A DNA stretch of 64,000 nucleotides from Felis catus (Eukaryota). The notes under the pieces were generated by a model, which saw only the letters and a program-made list of their open reading frames with translations, had not been told where the DNA came from and did no database searches. Of this stretch, positions 51,051-64,000 are shown one piece after another (position 1 is the stretch's first letter; every line of letters starts with the position of its first letter). The position numbers were made by a program, and so were the translations under genes. The DNA lies in the NCBI RefSeq assembly GCF_018350175.1, contig NC_058368.1, forward strand, positions 79,982,001 through 80,046,000. Reading direction: 5' to 3'.

Positions 51051-53797
51051 GGGTGAAGCCGCCGTTCAAGGGTCACGTCCTCCATCCCACGCCTCGTCCC
51101 ACAGCCTCCGCCGCCGGGACCCTCGACTCTCACAGCACACGGGACGAGGTGCCAACACGGACCCCCAGGACGGGTGAGAAACGAGCCTAGAGAGGCTCCG
51201 AGAGGACAGAAGGCCCGAATACAGGAAGGACCTGGTGAGAGACACTCACAGAGCGGGGAGGTTACGAAGCCGAGAAGGACACTGGGTTCTGTGGGACTCA
51301 TAGCCCCAGCCGCGCACGCAGGGCAAGGTGACCTCACTCTGGACGAGGGACCGGAGCTCGGGGCCAAGAACCGTCTGGTTCATTCGCGGGAGGGCATCGG
51401 GACACCCGGTAGCTCCCAGGGGGCGGGCGGGCGCAGCGATCTCAGAAGGCACGAGCCAAAGCGGCTGCCCTGGAATAGCCGACCTCCGATGGCCGGGCCG
51501 GACGAGGGCTCGTGCAGGCAGGGCTGCAGCACTGGGGACAGGGCCGGCGAGCCTCGGGAAGCTGAGGGCTGGGGAGGCAGGGGGGGGAGAGGCAGCAGTG
51601 GGTCATTCCAGGACATCCGTCCTGAGTGAGGCGGGGAAGGAGAAACAGCTGCAGAGAGAACGAGGCTGTGGCCGGAGAAAAGCAGGTCATGGCCAGCCGG
51701 GGATGCCCAGCAGATGCCTGAACAGGGACAGGAGGGGCTCAGGTGCCCGAGAGCACCAGACAGGCAGCCTGGGGACCCCACTCTGCTCCCGAGCTCCAGA
51801 GGCCCCTCCGTGTGGCAGGGCGAGCACAGGGCAGGCCACAGAGAACTAGATACTGGGCGGGGGGGGAGAGACTAGGTACTGGAGTCCAGCCTGGACCGCG
51901 GCAGCACCAACACCCTCTCAGACGTCCACTTCTTCCAGGTCTGCGCAGTAACGGGTGAGCGCGTGCATCTTCCTGGGTCGCAGGCCATCGGACCTCTGAC
52001 CTGCACTCAGTCACGGACAAGCTCTGTGGAATCTGTTTCTGGGAAGAATTCCACTTTGCACCCTATAATGCGAGTTCAAAGCCCTCCTTCAAAATGAGCT
52101 TGGAACCAACACAAAACTGCAGAAAATTCAGGAGCGGCACTCGGAGGGATCGAAGCCGAGGGCGAGGAGGGTGTGACGACGCACTCCACACTCCGCGTCT
52201 TTCTCCCCGGGAGGCCACCCACCTAGGGAGAGGCGAGCAGGACCGCCGGCACCCCTGAGGCACACGTCAGGGTCACGAGGCCAAGGAATGGGCCAATGGA
52301 CAAAAAGAGGTGTTCTTTTTCCTACCGAACATCTAGGGGCAAGAATACCCTCCCCAGTTCCTGTCCCACCTTTCGACAAAAGCAACAGAATGCCTTTAGG
52401 ATGCTGCCACACCCCAACCACAGCACGTGGTCCCCACCCTGGGGCCCCAGGCCAGCCACGGTGGCTACCTGAACCGTCCCACTCAGCTGCACAACTCAGT
52501 ACTCCCCCCCAATGCATGTGTGCCAAGGACCCAGTGCCACGGGTGTCCGTGTGACGCTCCCACAGCCAGGGCTGGGGCCTCCACGGTGAACGTGGAGCGA
52601 AGCGTCACGCGTTTACAACCGGGGCTCTTGCGCTCGCTGAACTTTTCTGCAGAGACCGGGTGGCTGGAAGCCGTGAACCGTCACCTGTGCGGGCAGCCCG
52701 TCCTGCGGTGATACGCAGAATGAAGTCAGCGTGTCCTCGGGCCTTGCCCAGCGGTGGCTGGCGGGAGCTCAAGGCCGCACCGTGGAAAATCAGACACACT
52801 TCCACAACCGGGGGCTTCCGCACCATTCCCAAGCAGGAAGCACATGTGGCACGCCACCCAGCTGCTTCCAAGGGAAAGGCCTCCTGCAAGGCCCTGAGGT
52901 AGGAGCCCCACACCTGCCAGCCACCAGGCGCAAAGGACTTCCAGAGCAGGAACGGGGAGCCGTGGGGACGCGGGAAGCCCGCCCGGAGCCTGCAAGCATT
53001 GGGATGCCTGGAGCTCGCTTTGAGTCTGGGGGCCAAGTAGGAGAACCTGTCTAAAGAGAGGCCTGTCGTCACTTCTGGAAAGAATGCACGGGTGCAGAGA
53101 TAAGAATTTCATCTCTTGCAACCACACTCTGTTTGAGGATGATCCAACCGTGGGGAGAGCAGCTGACAGAACTGGTCCCACTTGACTGTGTCGATGTTTA
53201 TCATGCACTCTGTGTACTGCCTTTGCGCAGACATTTAAAAGTCACTCAAGTGGGAGTTCGTTCAATGTGGTTTGAAAGAAACTGATGATGGTCTCGAGTC
53301 CATAACTGCATGGAGAATACGCACAGTCCCCTTCAGGGCCAAATACTAATGCCTCCGGCTCCTTCTGTGTGGAAAGTTCCAGCAGCAAAGGAGCAGGGGT
53401 ACACACGATGCCACAGGCCGTCCCTCACAGGAGAGACTCATCGCAGTGACCTCCTCTTCCCGAATGTTGTGGTGGACAGTCTGCCCTGCCTGTGGACAGA
53501 CCTCGGACACCAGGGTGGAGACTGTTAACGCTCCACGTCCACACCCTCGTAGAAGACGAGCAGGCCGGTCTTACGGCCCCTGGGAGGTAGTGAGAGAGGG
53601 TCTGGTCTTGACCATGCGGGAAGGGGAGAGGAGCCGTTGGACACCTGCAGCTGCTCGCTCGGAGGCAACAGGGTACTCTTCTAGGCAGAGGAGTCTTGCG
53701 TCACATTCGGTAAGCTTACGGGGTGCTGGACAGGCTTGGCACCCTTTGTCCTCTTCCTTAAAGCCTGGTTGGAGGCCTTTTAGAGTGTGTTCTTTCA

Positions 53798-54003
53798 GGG
53801 CCACCTGGGGGACTCAGGTGGCTAAGTGTCGGACTTCACCTCAGGTCATGATCTCAGGGGTCTCGTGGGTTCAGGCCCACGTCGGGCTCTGTGCACTGAC
53901 CACGCAGAGCCTGATTAGGATCCTCTCTCTCTCTCTTTCACTCTGCCCCTGCCCTGCTCACCCTCCCTCTCCCTCAAAATGAAGAAATAATTTTTTAAAA
54001 AAC
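53798..54003 (+). mobile_element. Diverged Can-SINE
   Basis: Recognisable head, body and tail; TTCTTTCA flanks. Confidence 0.88.
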
Positions 54004-54879
54004 ATATATTCTTTCAGCCATGCAATACGTGGGAACACGCTGGGAGCTAAAATGCCCCATCGAACGAGCTTTGCATTTGTGGTTTCCAGGCTCCCCAGAG
54101 GGAAGCCAATCCGTGTAGTGTTAGTTTTATCATGAAAATGTCACTGTGCTGTTTAAATTTTATGTCCAAGACTTAATTTCTTTTATGATTTACCCTCTTA
54201 ATCAGTACATCTAATGACCCACAACATGTTTATATTACACCAGACTTGTCCTTAAAAGGCAACATAGCCCATAACATTCCTTTTACAGGCTCCCTCAGCT
54301 TCTGAGATCCTTTGTTCTCCGACTGCAGCTCACTCCCAGCTGCCACCCGACCGACCCCCGTACAGAACAGGACAGGACAGCGGCCGTGGTGGCACCGCTG
54401 ACCTCCTTCTACAAGGAATGCTCTGTCCTGGCATCACCTGCAGCTCACTAACTCCACCCAGCCCACCCACCCCCCACATCCCACTGTTTCTGACATCACC
54501 CTCAGTCATTCTGCCCATGACCTTGGGCTCTTGGCCAGTCTCCACCAGCGCCGGTCAGTGAGCAGGGGAAGGGTCACCGGGAACCTGAGAGTAAGTGAGT
54601 GTGCCCAGGATCAGGTGTCTACACTCTCAGACAAACACAGAAGTGGGCAAATCGGGGGCAGGAGGGGCTGTGGGGACCTAGGACAAGTACACAGAGTAGC
54701 AAACACCCCACGTGCCTTTCTCCCCAGGACAATGGCCAACACCTACCTGACCTAGAACCCTGACAGCCTCCCCTCCCCACCTTAAAACTGTGTCTCTAAA
54801 CCCCTGCCTGCACATTCTGCCACCAGGAGGAGCATCGCTGACTCCCAAGTCGCTCGGGGACTTAGAATCACTCGTCTCT

Positions 54880-55072
54880 GGGCGCCTGGGTGGTTCAGCT
54901 GGTTAAGCAGCCGACTCCTAGTTTTGGCTCAGGTCATGATCTCAACGTTCATGAGTTCAAGCCCCATATCGGGCTCCGTGCTGACAGTGTGGGGCCTGCA
55001 GAGGGATTCGCCCTCTCTGCCTCTACCCCCACCTCCAAATACATAAACTTAAAAAAAAAACTTAAAAAGAAA
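54880..55072 (+). mobile_element. Can-SINE
   Basis: TSD AGAATCACT(C/G)GTCTCT. Confidence 0.92.
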
Positions 55073-56011
55073 AGAATCACTGGTCTCTGACCATCTTTTA
55101 CAGTGCACCCCAAATTCTTCATGACTTTTGACTCTATGTTTTCATGGCTTCTGAGCACCAAAGAATGTGCTTTCCTCTTCAAGACTGGGTGGAAAGCTCT
55201 CAGCATTGAATCTCAAAATCAGGCTCCCATATAACTAATCTTCCAGATCAGGACACTGCTGGGGGTGAACGGGAGCTCTATTAATAATTAACAACCACGC
55301 CAGGGTCACCGGCGTGGACTGGGCTGGCCCTCTGCACACCTGCTTCTGTGCCTTACATGGCGGACAAGCAGTACAGGGCACGGGGCTTGGAGTGTAACAG
55401 CCTTGCACAAACGTGCAGTCCTTCGCCACGGCATGAAGCCACAGCATGGCTTCGTAAGGACACGCTCCATCTTGTTTTCTTAGAAAGGCTTCCCCTGTGG
55501 GTCAGACGGCTTCTTCCATGGCCCCCTCACTTTCCCCTTACATCAAGGCTCTGAACTGGGTTCTTGAAGTCATCGCCCAGTTCCACCATCTGCAGACAAA
55601 TTCTAGGTTCACCTCCAAGATTTCGGCTTCTCTAGCACAGCCTTGACAATTAAGAGAGCCTGGCTTGGTGTAAGTCCTGTGCAGCGATGGGCACGTACCA
55701 TGCAAGGTAGGGCAGGAAAACTGAGGGGCTGAAACGCAGGGGAGTGTTGGATGTTTACACGCAAAGAAATCAGTGGTTCCAGGAAAATGAGATGCATGCC
55801 AAACATCTGATGGAGACAATGAGATCATATGTGCCAAAAATGTCCTCCTTCAGCAGGCTCTCCTGTCACCCTCACAAGTGCCTACATCCTGCCTCCTTCT
55901 AAGAGCCAACTCTTTGGGGGATGGTCAAACCTAGCTCTGTTCTGCCAAATTCAAGGGCTTTTTCCATAAGGAATCTTGTGCAATGGATCTTACTATAAAA
56001 ATCAGCTACCA

Positions 56012-56220
56012 GGGCGCCTGGGGGGCTCAGTCAATTGGGCATCTGACTCTTGATTTTGGCTCAGATCATGCTCCCAGGGTCGTGGGATTGAGCCCCGCGT
56101 TGGGCTCCATGCTAAGTGTGGACCCTGCTTGGGATTCTCTATCTCTCTCTCTCCCTCCCACTCTCCCTCTCTCTCTCCCTCTGACCCTTCCCTGCCCACA
56201 CTCTCTCTAAAATAAAATTT
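56012..56220 (+). mobile_element. Can-SINE (older subtype)
   Basis: TSD AAAAATCAGCTACCA (55997-56011) / AAAAACTCATCTACCA (56221-56236). Confidence 0.94.
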
Positions 56221-56439
56221 AAAAACTCATCTACCAAAAACATGTCTTTAGACCTATAGTTTGCGGTTTGTATCTCTTCCAGAGTCTGATAAGGGCTCCA
56301 GGAACCGCCTCCTTCAAAATGCACCATGCACAGACTCATTAACGTACATATGATTCTGAGGGTTCATGGACACCCGCCCCCAACTGAAGAGAACACCCTG
56401 TGGTCTAGACCATTAGTTTTCACTTGTAAGTTGAATTTA

Positions 56440-56552
56440 TTTTTTTTTAAGTTTGATTATATTTTTTCCAGTTTTGAGAGGTCACTGACACACAACATTG
56501 TATAAGTTTGAGTCACACAATGTGCTCATCTGAAACACTACAAAATGGTCAC
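56440..56552 (-). mobile_element. L1 3'-terminal fragment
   Basis: T tail then ACAACATTGTATAAGTTT...ACAATGTG pattern. Confidence 0.6.
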
Positions 56553-58552
56553 TAGATTGTTTCTTGAATTTAATCTTTCCAGTGCCTCTAATTTGGGAGT
56601 GGGTATCCCAAACCACCTTTTACCCTTAATTTAACTAGAAAGAGAGAGAGGGGCCAAAGGTCAGGAAGACCTGTGTGTGGTTCTCTCCATAGGGCTCCAA
56701 GCCCCCTGCTGTCACGGTCCCACCTGCCTGGCGCTGGTACAGGACAGAGACAGGAACTCCGTAGGGTTTCCGGTGGGTAAGCAGGTAGGATCAGCAGGCC
56801 ATCAAAGAGAGGTTATCTCCACGTGGAGGGTGAGGAGAAATGCAAGTGTTCAGGGCTGTTACCAGCATGGCAATCTCAGGTAGAAGCTAAGACAACACAA
56901 CTCACATTCACAGGTAGACTCTGTGGTTATGAGAAGTTCCTGAGTGCTGTAACAAATCTCAGTACCCAGCTAGACCTCTTCCCCAGAACTGCTCTTAGAA
57001 ATACGGTCACTTTCCATCCACTGGTGCTAAATGCTGGATTCCACTCAAAGTTGCCTTATACCGGGGCCTCATCCAGCTTGGGACACACACAGGAGGACCA
57101 ACCGGATGGGCGGCGAGCCCAGGTCTGGTGATTTTCTGTTACACTCACCGTCCAGTGCCACAGTGCACACCTATGCAGATTAGCAAAGTCCCCAATTTTG
57201 AAAACCTAAGACCAAAACTGCGTAAAACTGTTGCATAGAAAGACACCTCTGCTTTGCACGTACTCAGGCTACCACAGCCCATGGCTTGCACATGCGTCAT
57301 GGCTCAGCATCTGGGAAGAACGGAGAAAACACTACACAAGCCAGCGACCGCTGCATCTGCCTACGAAGCTATTTATATGAGAAACTCAACCTAATTATTT
57401 TGCTTTGCAAGGCAGAGCTTTCAAATTAATACCATATCCTCTCAAATTACACAGTGGCATATCACCCAGGACTAGAACAAGCTGAGTTAACGTTTGGAGC
57501 TGTCCATCATCTGTCATTCTGGCTTGAGGTCAGAAGCAATTCCGCTCAGATACAGGAACTCAAACTCAGGGCAGCATTTTTACATGGTGTTTGGATGTAA
57601 CGGAAACCGGCTGATCTTCCCACCTCTCTCCTCTCTGAGGCTTCATTTAAGAAGAGAATTGCCAACTCAGGAATTAAGCTTATTAAGGATCGGGTCTATA
57701 ATGACTTCTCACTAAAAACGCTCTGCGACATCACACATTTCATCAGTGATTTTTACATTACAACTTTCCCCTGTATCAATAGCTCTTCCCAGTTGCAAGA
57801 TGACATAGGATGTGTCCTACCAATTGCCTGGGACAATTTCCCAACATCTTTTGCCAAGAACTTTGACCCATGTTTTCTTTCTTTTAAGCCACTCGGTATT
57901 TTTACAGAAACAGTCTCTGCGTTCCCAATTCATTATCCCTAACTCACACATTAGATTGGAACTGTGGTAAACGTCCCTACGGCACAATTTCAATTTTGCC
58001 CAATAGCGTAATCCGCAGAAAAGGGCTCATTGCTAACTGTGACAAGAACCCCTTAAGTTCAAGGACGTGTTAGGTAGAGAACATCAAGCCCTTCATTTCT
58101 CAGTGTTGGTGCACACGGTGGCAGCCTGTCCCATGGGGCTCGCTGTGTCAGGGGTGGGATGGAGTGACCCCTGTCTTTTGGAACTAGAGGTCCTTCGGGT
58201 ACGTCCCTGTTGATTACAAAATCATCTCTTCTTCTGTCTGAGTCCAACCTCTTCACACAGGATGCTGCCGATTTGGCCACATAGCAATTTTAAGGCAAAG
58301 GACAATATTCTTGCACCATTACTGTTGTGACACATACCACTCTCATCAAAATGCCTGGAAGTCATGAACACTGTAGAAACACATTTGTGCTCTTTGAAGT
58401 CTCCATTCTTACATCTGGTATTTCCACATTTGCTGCCTTTGTCCTCCCTAAATCCGAAGTGTTCTCCCTGGCTAGTTTTGCATAACTCCCAGGGCGAGAG
58501 GAGACCCAGGCTAACTCATTCCCTACTCTAGAGATATTTTGAAATTCCTAAT

Positions 58553-58791
58553 TTCTTTTTTTATTTAATTTTTTTAAATGCTTATTCATTTTTGAGAGGG
58601 AGAGAGAGACAGAGCATGAGCAGGGAAGGGGCAGAGAGAGAGAGAGAGAGAGGGAGACACAGAATCTGAAGCAAGCTCCAGGCTCTGAGCTGTCAGCGCA
58701 GGGCCCAATGTGGGGCTCAAACCCACCAACCGTGAGGTATGACTCGAGCTAAAGTTGGACACTTAACTGACTGAGCCACCCAGGTGCCTCC
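58553..58791 (-). mobile_element. Can-SINE
   Basis: Reverse body ending CACCCAGGTGCCTC. Confidence 0.95.
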
Positions 58792-60364
58792 CGCCTACCT
58801 TTTAAATAAATGGAACAGCCCTGAAGGTCTGTTAGAGATAACCTACAAAGTAGATAATACTTCCAATTAAGAGCTTTGGTCCTTATATTTACAGCTCTTT
58901 TAACAAAGTTGAGTTTCTGAGGCTGAGCCACTCCTAAAAGAGCAAAGAGGGGCATCTTTTAAAGTATTTTCTAGTTCAGTATGATGGAAGGCCCAAACTG
59001 TTTGTTTGTATTAATTCCACAAACAATCTTTGAGGGCAACAATTCTCGTCTGTTCTGTTCCACAGCCCAGTACGATACTTACCGCGTGAATGAATGCATG
59101 AAGGAAGGACCAAAAATCATTAATTACATCAATGTATATAACACATTTAAGTCATGCGCACGTGTGTATGTACAAACACGTAAACATATACGCACGTACG
59201 GAGGAACCGAAGGTACTTAATATACGAAAACCCTAACATCCTCCAAACAACCATTCTACTGTAAAATGTACAAGCAAGACTCATTTCCCGAAGGCCCGTA
59301 CAGACCTCTGCAGAAAGGCTCTCTATCAAGATGTATGGGGCTCTCTCCATCTTAGGCTTTTCAACGGATAAACATCCTCCATGTGTCAGCATGTTTGGAT
59401 TTTCTTCATATGCTCTCCCAGTCTGTGGCGTCCTGACCCCGACCTTCTGTGAATTCTAAAATGGATCTCGGCAGCGGAGGGTTATGTGGCTGGAAGCCCC
59501 AGGTCTGGAGCCCCGTAGACGCTGTCTCTCACAGAAACCCGGCCGTTCCTGCAGGATGAGGCCCGGTGATACATGTGATCTCAGCACCGGAGCGGGCCAC
59601 CTCTTGGATCTGTCTCCACATCTGCACTCGGGCCGAAGCAGCTTGCTGAGTGCCACGACTAGCTGATTCCAGAGGAATTTATCACTAAAAGATAGGGTTG
59701 TTGTCTTCAGTGAGACCCATCAACTCTGGACTCTGCGGATGTGCTGGTGGAAAATTACCAGAGTCCCTGACACTTGAGGTGGAGTCTCAGACTCCCAGAG
59801 ACCACATGCATCTGGGACGTGGAGGAGACAAAGCTCCGAGAACCCTTCATTTCTCAGGCTCAGGATAAGATGCCCTTTCTCATGTGAACAAGGTCAGGCA
59901 GAAAGTTCTGGAAAGCAGTTCCCACTTTTGCAGAATACTCTATTAAACCATGCTCTTTTCACACTAACCACGTGCGGGAAGAAACCCCCAGAAGACACCT
60001 TCTTCCGAGTGGCTCTCAAATACCAACCGTCAGGGCATCTCGCGAGAGTCAGAAACTGCGATAATATGGTCGATTCCCGTGCGGAATCACTACACTGTTT
60101 CCTTTCAATTTGCTCGTGTTGGTTTTATTCTTGTCTTCAAAGACCAGTTTTCAACTGTGGGTATAGAATTATACCCTTAAAATTATGCAATAAAAACTTA
60201 TTCAATTAATTGAAATGTGAATATCATTATAATCCTAATCTGTAAATTACCCAGGAATTACCACACTTTAAGGAATGACGTAGAGGTAAAAGGAAGATTA
60301 TTTTTCAGTCCACATCGTTTATAATCATGAAATAAATGAGAGCTGACGTGTCCGGGACCCGTGA

Positions 60365-60568
60365 TATAACAGTTCCTCATTTAGGTGCTTGGAATGTATT
60401 ATCACGTACGCTGTCTTCACAACCATCCTACAAAGGAACAGTACCATCACTCCTACTTTCAAACGAGAAAACAAAGCACAGAGAGGCTGAGAAGGCTGCC
60501 CACGGTCAAACAGCAAGTCAACGGTGAACCCAGAATTCAAACCCATGTGGTCTGGCCCCAGAGTCTAT
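60365..60568 (-). mobile_element. MIR SINE
   Basis: CTTCACAACCATCCTA..GAGAAAACAAAGCACAGAGAGG..GCCCACGGTCA..CCCAGAATTCAAACCCA..TCTGGCCCCAGAG. Confidence 0.85.
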
Positions 60569-61737
60569 GACTGCATGATGATCTCTCTACAGTTTCAGAA
60601 CCTATGTGAAAACTCTGGGGGCAAAAAAGAGCACCATGAACATCTTCATTGTTCAGTATAACATCTATTATACCATTATTAGAATTGCCCTCACCTTAAC
60701 TTGGGCACAGAGCAGAGTACAAAGCATAAGAACTCTTCTAACTGCCGGCATATTTTCCGACCTCTAGTGAGTGTTCAACACACATTTGTGGAACACATTT
60801 TGAATGCCAGAAGCAAGATACTGAGTTATGGACCCATTACTTTATGCTAGGTGCCTAAGTGAATTCTCAGCTTTATTTTCAAGGATGTAAGAAAAAAGGG
60901 GGGGGGTGCTTTGATTACAAATCCGCTTTCAGGCCTAAAACAATGCCCAAAGTTAGGTATGTTTTAAATGAATTATCCAGTCAAGGGAAGGACGTGTAAG
61001 TCTATCCTATACTCACACATAATCACTCGATGAGAGCAGAGAAATTATCTAAGGTCAACAAGAAATTATAAAAAAATGATTAACTATAAATTTTTTTCCA
61101 AGTTTTAAGAGCCTGAATTCCAGAATAAAGAAATACAATCTTATTGTGTTCAGCATTTGGAAAAACAAAATCTAATTATTACTAAGGCGCCTGATAGCTG
61201 TTTGTTCGGAGTTGTTTGAACCAACTGATAAAACGCATCTGTCGTCAGCATAACATCTACGTGCCAAAATGCTTGTCAAAGACAAGGGATGAGCCAAGAA
61301 CACTGCCCGCTATACCCTATGGAATAAAGAGCGTCCCCTCCCCAGTTTCTCAGTGACCAGAACTGAGCTTGGACCATGGCTGCACTCTTCTCCAAAATAC
61401 GTCCGACCCAGAAGCTGAACTATTCATACTGTAGTGGTTCCCCCATCTTCCTGTTTTGGCAAATTTATCTCAATTTTATAGGCCATTTCCTGACCAAAAT
61501 TTAGGAGTTATTTTAAACCACTAACCCCAAATGGTCTTTAATATCCAGGAAATAGATTTAGCCGTAATAGGACACGAAACAGAAACTCCTCATGAGGAGG
61601 GCAAGCAACAGAGACCCATGGGGGGCGGGGGCCACAGCAAGACATGGCAGCCACGCCCTGGGGGGCCAGCCTCACAACCCACCTGCCCTCTGGCCCGGCC
61701 AGCCTGTAAGCAAACAGCCTGTGCACATTCTCAGCAG

Positions 61738-61750
61738 GTGTGTGCGTGTG

Positions 61751-61800
<50 letters not shown>
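61738..61800. repeat. (TG)n microsatellite
   Basis: About 30 units, two TGCG interruptions. Confidence 0.97.
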
Positions 61801-61802
<2 letters not shown>

Positions 61803-62211
61803 ACCAGAGTCTTAGAGATGGCAAAAATTCTGACTTAAGGTAGATAATCTTGAGAAGACACATGTCCCGTGTCCTGAGGAGAGGAAGACCACAAGGCACC
61901 AGCATCTTCTCAACTCTCATCGGCCACAACCCCCTCAAATTAACTCTCAAACACAGACACTCCACATATATACTTCTAGAACCTTCTTCCCACTTCTCCC
62001 CCTTCAAATGGCACCACAGGGCTAGAACTGGGATTGTCAGTGGCAACAACAACCAATAAGAAAAAAACGAGAATTGTGAGTCATTTTCAATACAACGGTT
62101 CAGCTTCTACTTGAGGGCAAACTAACGCCCAGAAGAGCAGGTGGATAGCCCACATCCTCAAGCAGCTGGCCCTGTAAGAAAAAGGAATGGACAAGACCCA
62201 TGGCCTCTGGA

Positions 62212-62362
62212 ACAGCGGCCGCACATCACCTGCTAGAAAGGCAGCTCTCAGGTGCACAACGCACCCCCGAATCAGGGACTCTAGGAGGGGGCCTGGCACC
62301 TGTGCTTCACCAAGCCCCGGGAGAATCTGCTGTGAGCACAAGTTCCAGAACTACTGGACTAG
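62212..62362. mobile_element. MER5-type hAT DNA transposon relic
   Basis: CATCACCTG..GAATCAG..ACTCT..GGGGCCTGG..CTGTG.TT.ACCAAGCCCC..AGTT..AGAACTACTG. Confidence 0.75.
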
Positions 62363-62444
62363 GTGACCTTCGGGGTGCCTTGATGACAGAATTACTTCAC
62401 TACTTATTCCTCAGTGCTGATTTTTCATTTAACAAAGAGAATGG

Positions 62445-62660
62445 TGCCCAGCACTGTATAAACGCCCGGTAAACATTAACTCATTTAATCTGCATACATG
62501 TCTTCTTAGCCAGGCACCAACCACCGCCATCGCCACGGTCCAGGTGAGGAAATGTGGGCGGAGAGAGGGAGGGAAGTTGCACAGGGTCCCACAGCTTGGG
62601 GACAGGTGCAGCAGGAGGGGAACCAGCACTCTTGAATTTAACCGCAGTGTCCATTGCCCC
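62445..62660 (-). mobile_element. MIR SINE
   Basis: ATTAACTCATTTAATC..CAGGTGAGGAAA..GAGAGGG..AAGTTGC.CAGGGTCCCACAGCT. Confidence 0.8.
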
Positions 62661-64000
62661 ATGCGGGGCTCCTCTCCGGATGCCTCTGAGACATCGCAAT
62701 GGTCTTTCCAAGAAGCGGTGTGTGCACAGCCCAAGCCAAGCGTCCCAGAGAATGACACATTGCTTCTGCCTGGCTCACTGAGTCCCTGGAATTGAGCTGA
62801 CCCCTTCATAGACCATTACTTCTACTTAAGACATAAAGTCAGATCAAGTATTTTCCAAATGGACATGACAGAAAATGGGCCATGTGATAGGTCCCATGAC
62901 CTTTCTCTTCCTCATAAAACCTTGCATGTTAGAGGTATAAAAAGACAGCGATGTTACCTTCACTCAAGCCTTTCTCCAGGAATGGTCTGGACTTGGTAAG
63001 TAAGTTTCACACGACTCGGTAATAACTCTGTGACATTCAAGTGTTACTGTATTCTTTTTAAAAAAAAAAATTCTAAAACGTGACTTGAAAAATTAACGCT
63101 ACTTAGGAAAAGGAGTTGCCTGCATTTTAAAATGACATTTTAGGGCTGACACTCTTGGATGATGTAGGAATAAATACTCCTGTGCCGACTGGTTGCTTGA
63201 AAGGATCCTTGTGGGGTTTTAGAATAAACTGTGGTTGTTTCTTTGTATTATAAAATAATATGCTTACTCTATAAAAAATACTGTTGGAGACGTAGCCCCC
63301 AATCTTCCACTGATAGATACATTATACACTTACATATGTATGTATAAGTATCCATTAACACTTCCTTATCAGAAACAAAGGAATAGACCAGTATAGTTAT
63401 CCTCGGTTTATCTGTAACATCCTGAGGCCTGCCAAATGCCCCACGTGCTAGCTGACATATGTCAGGGAAGATTCACCTGTCCCAAGTGAAGGCACTCCCG
63501 TGGCCTGCCACCCACCTCTCTGAACCTCTTCCCATCACCAAGTGCGAGCAGCTGCCGTGAAAACTTGTGCCAACAGCTCCGGAGGCATTCCGAGTTACAA
63601 CTAGAAAGCCCTGGGTTCTGTTCTCCATGGAGGAATATGTTGATTTTCTAAAGCAAACACTCAATAAAACTTTTAACAACTTTAACGAAAACGTCAGACA
63701 CAGGCATACTAGGTCTCCAAAATATTCCGCTGGGTTTGCACGACATTTACTTTAAGTGGCTAGACTCTCTCTGAGAGAGGGTACAAACAGCTCCTCCGAC
63801 TGTCAGTACATGTGGAAAGCAATGGACTCCCATTACGGCTTCACCCAAACCAAGCCACAACCTGCTGTTATCGGACCCAGAAAGAAATGCCCACAGGCCA
63901 CTGAGCTATGTATTCAGTAATGAACAAAGTCATTCCCAAACTCTGAACAAAGTACTGATTCTAAGAGCAGTAGAAGATGAGGGGGTTCAAGAATTGTCCT

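Noticed and set aside
62960..63003. + strand 16-nt microexon (CTTTCTCCAG...GTAAGT)
   Set aside because: Frame-shifting length, opposite to the inferred host strand; shows that such patterns occur by chance.

Overview
Mammalian genomic DNA, carnivoran and probably felid, judged from about 27 tRNA-derived Can-SINEs of cat type with (CT)n linkers and A/T tails. The window is essentially non-coding and I recognise no protein-coding exon, so I name no gene. It most resembles a large intron of a minus-strand gene (inference: + strand bias of L1/LTR/SINE copies and an acceptor-like tract at the left edge). Contents: a 5'-truncated carnivore L1 with a nested SINE and its RT core deleted, MLT1 and MLT2 LTRs, MIRs, a MER5-type DNA transposon relic, old L1M ends, micro- and minisatellites, and several CpG-rich or motif-dense candidate regulatory patches. 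Two observations stand out. (1) A SINE 'dimer' at 44.8-45.2 kb whose middle looks like a circularly permuted copy (tail, TSD, head) of another SINE 11 kb away, suggesting circle-mediated or template-slippage capture. (2) A ~2 kb cryptic trinucleotide array at 49.0-51.05 kb with an ABC-ABC higher-order structure of ~715 bp that reads as a frameshifted Thr/Ala/Asn mucin-like ORF. Repeat family names are by visual recognition and boundaries are approximate.
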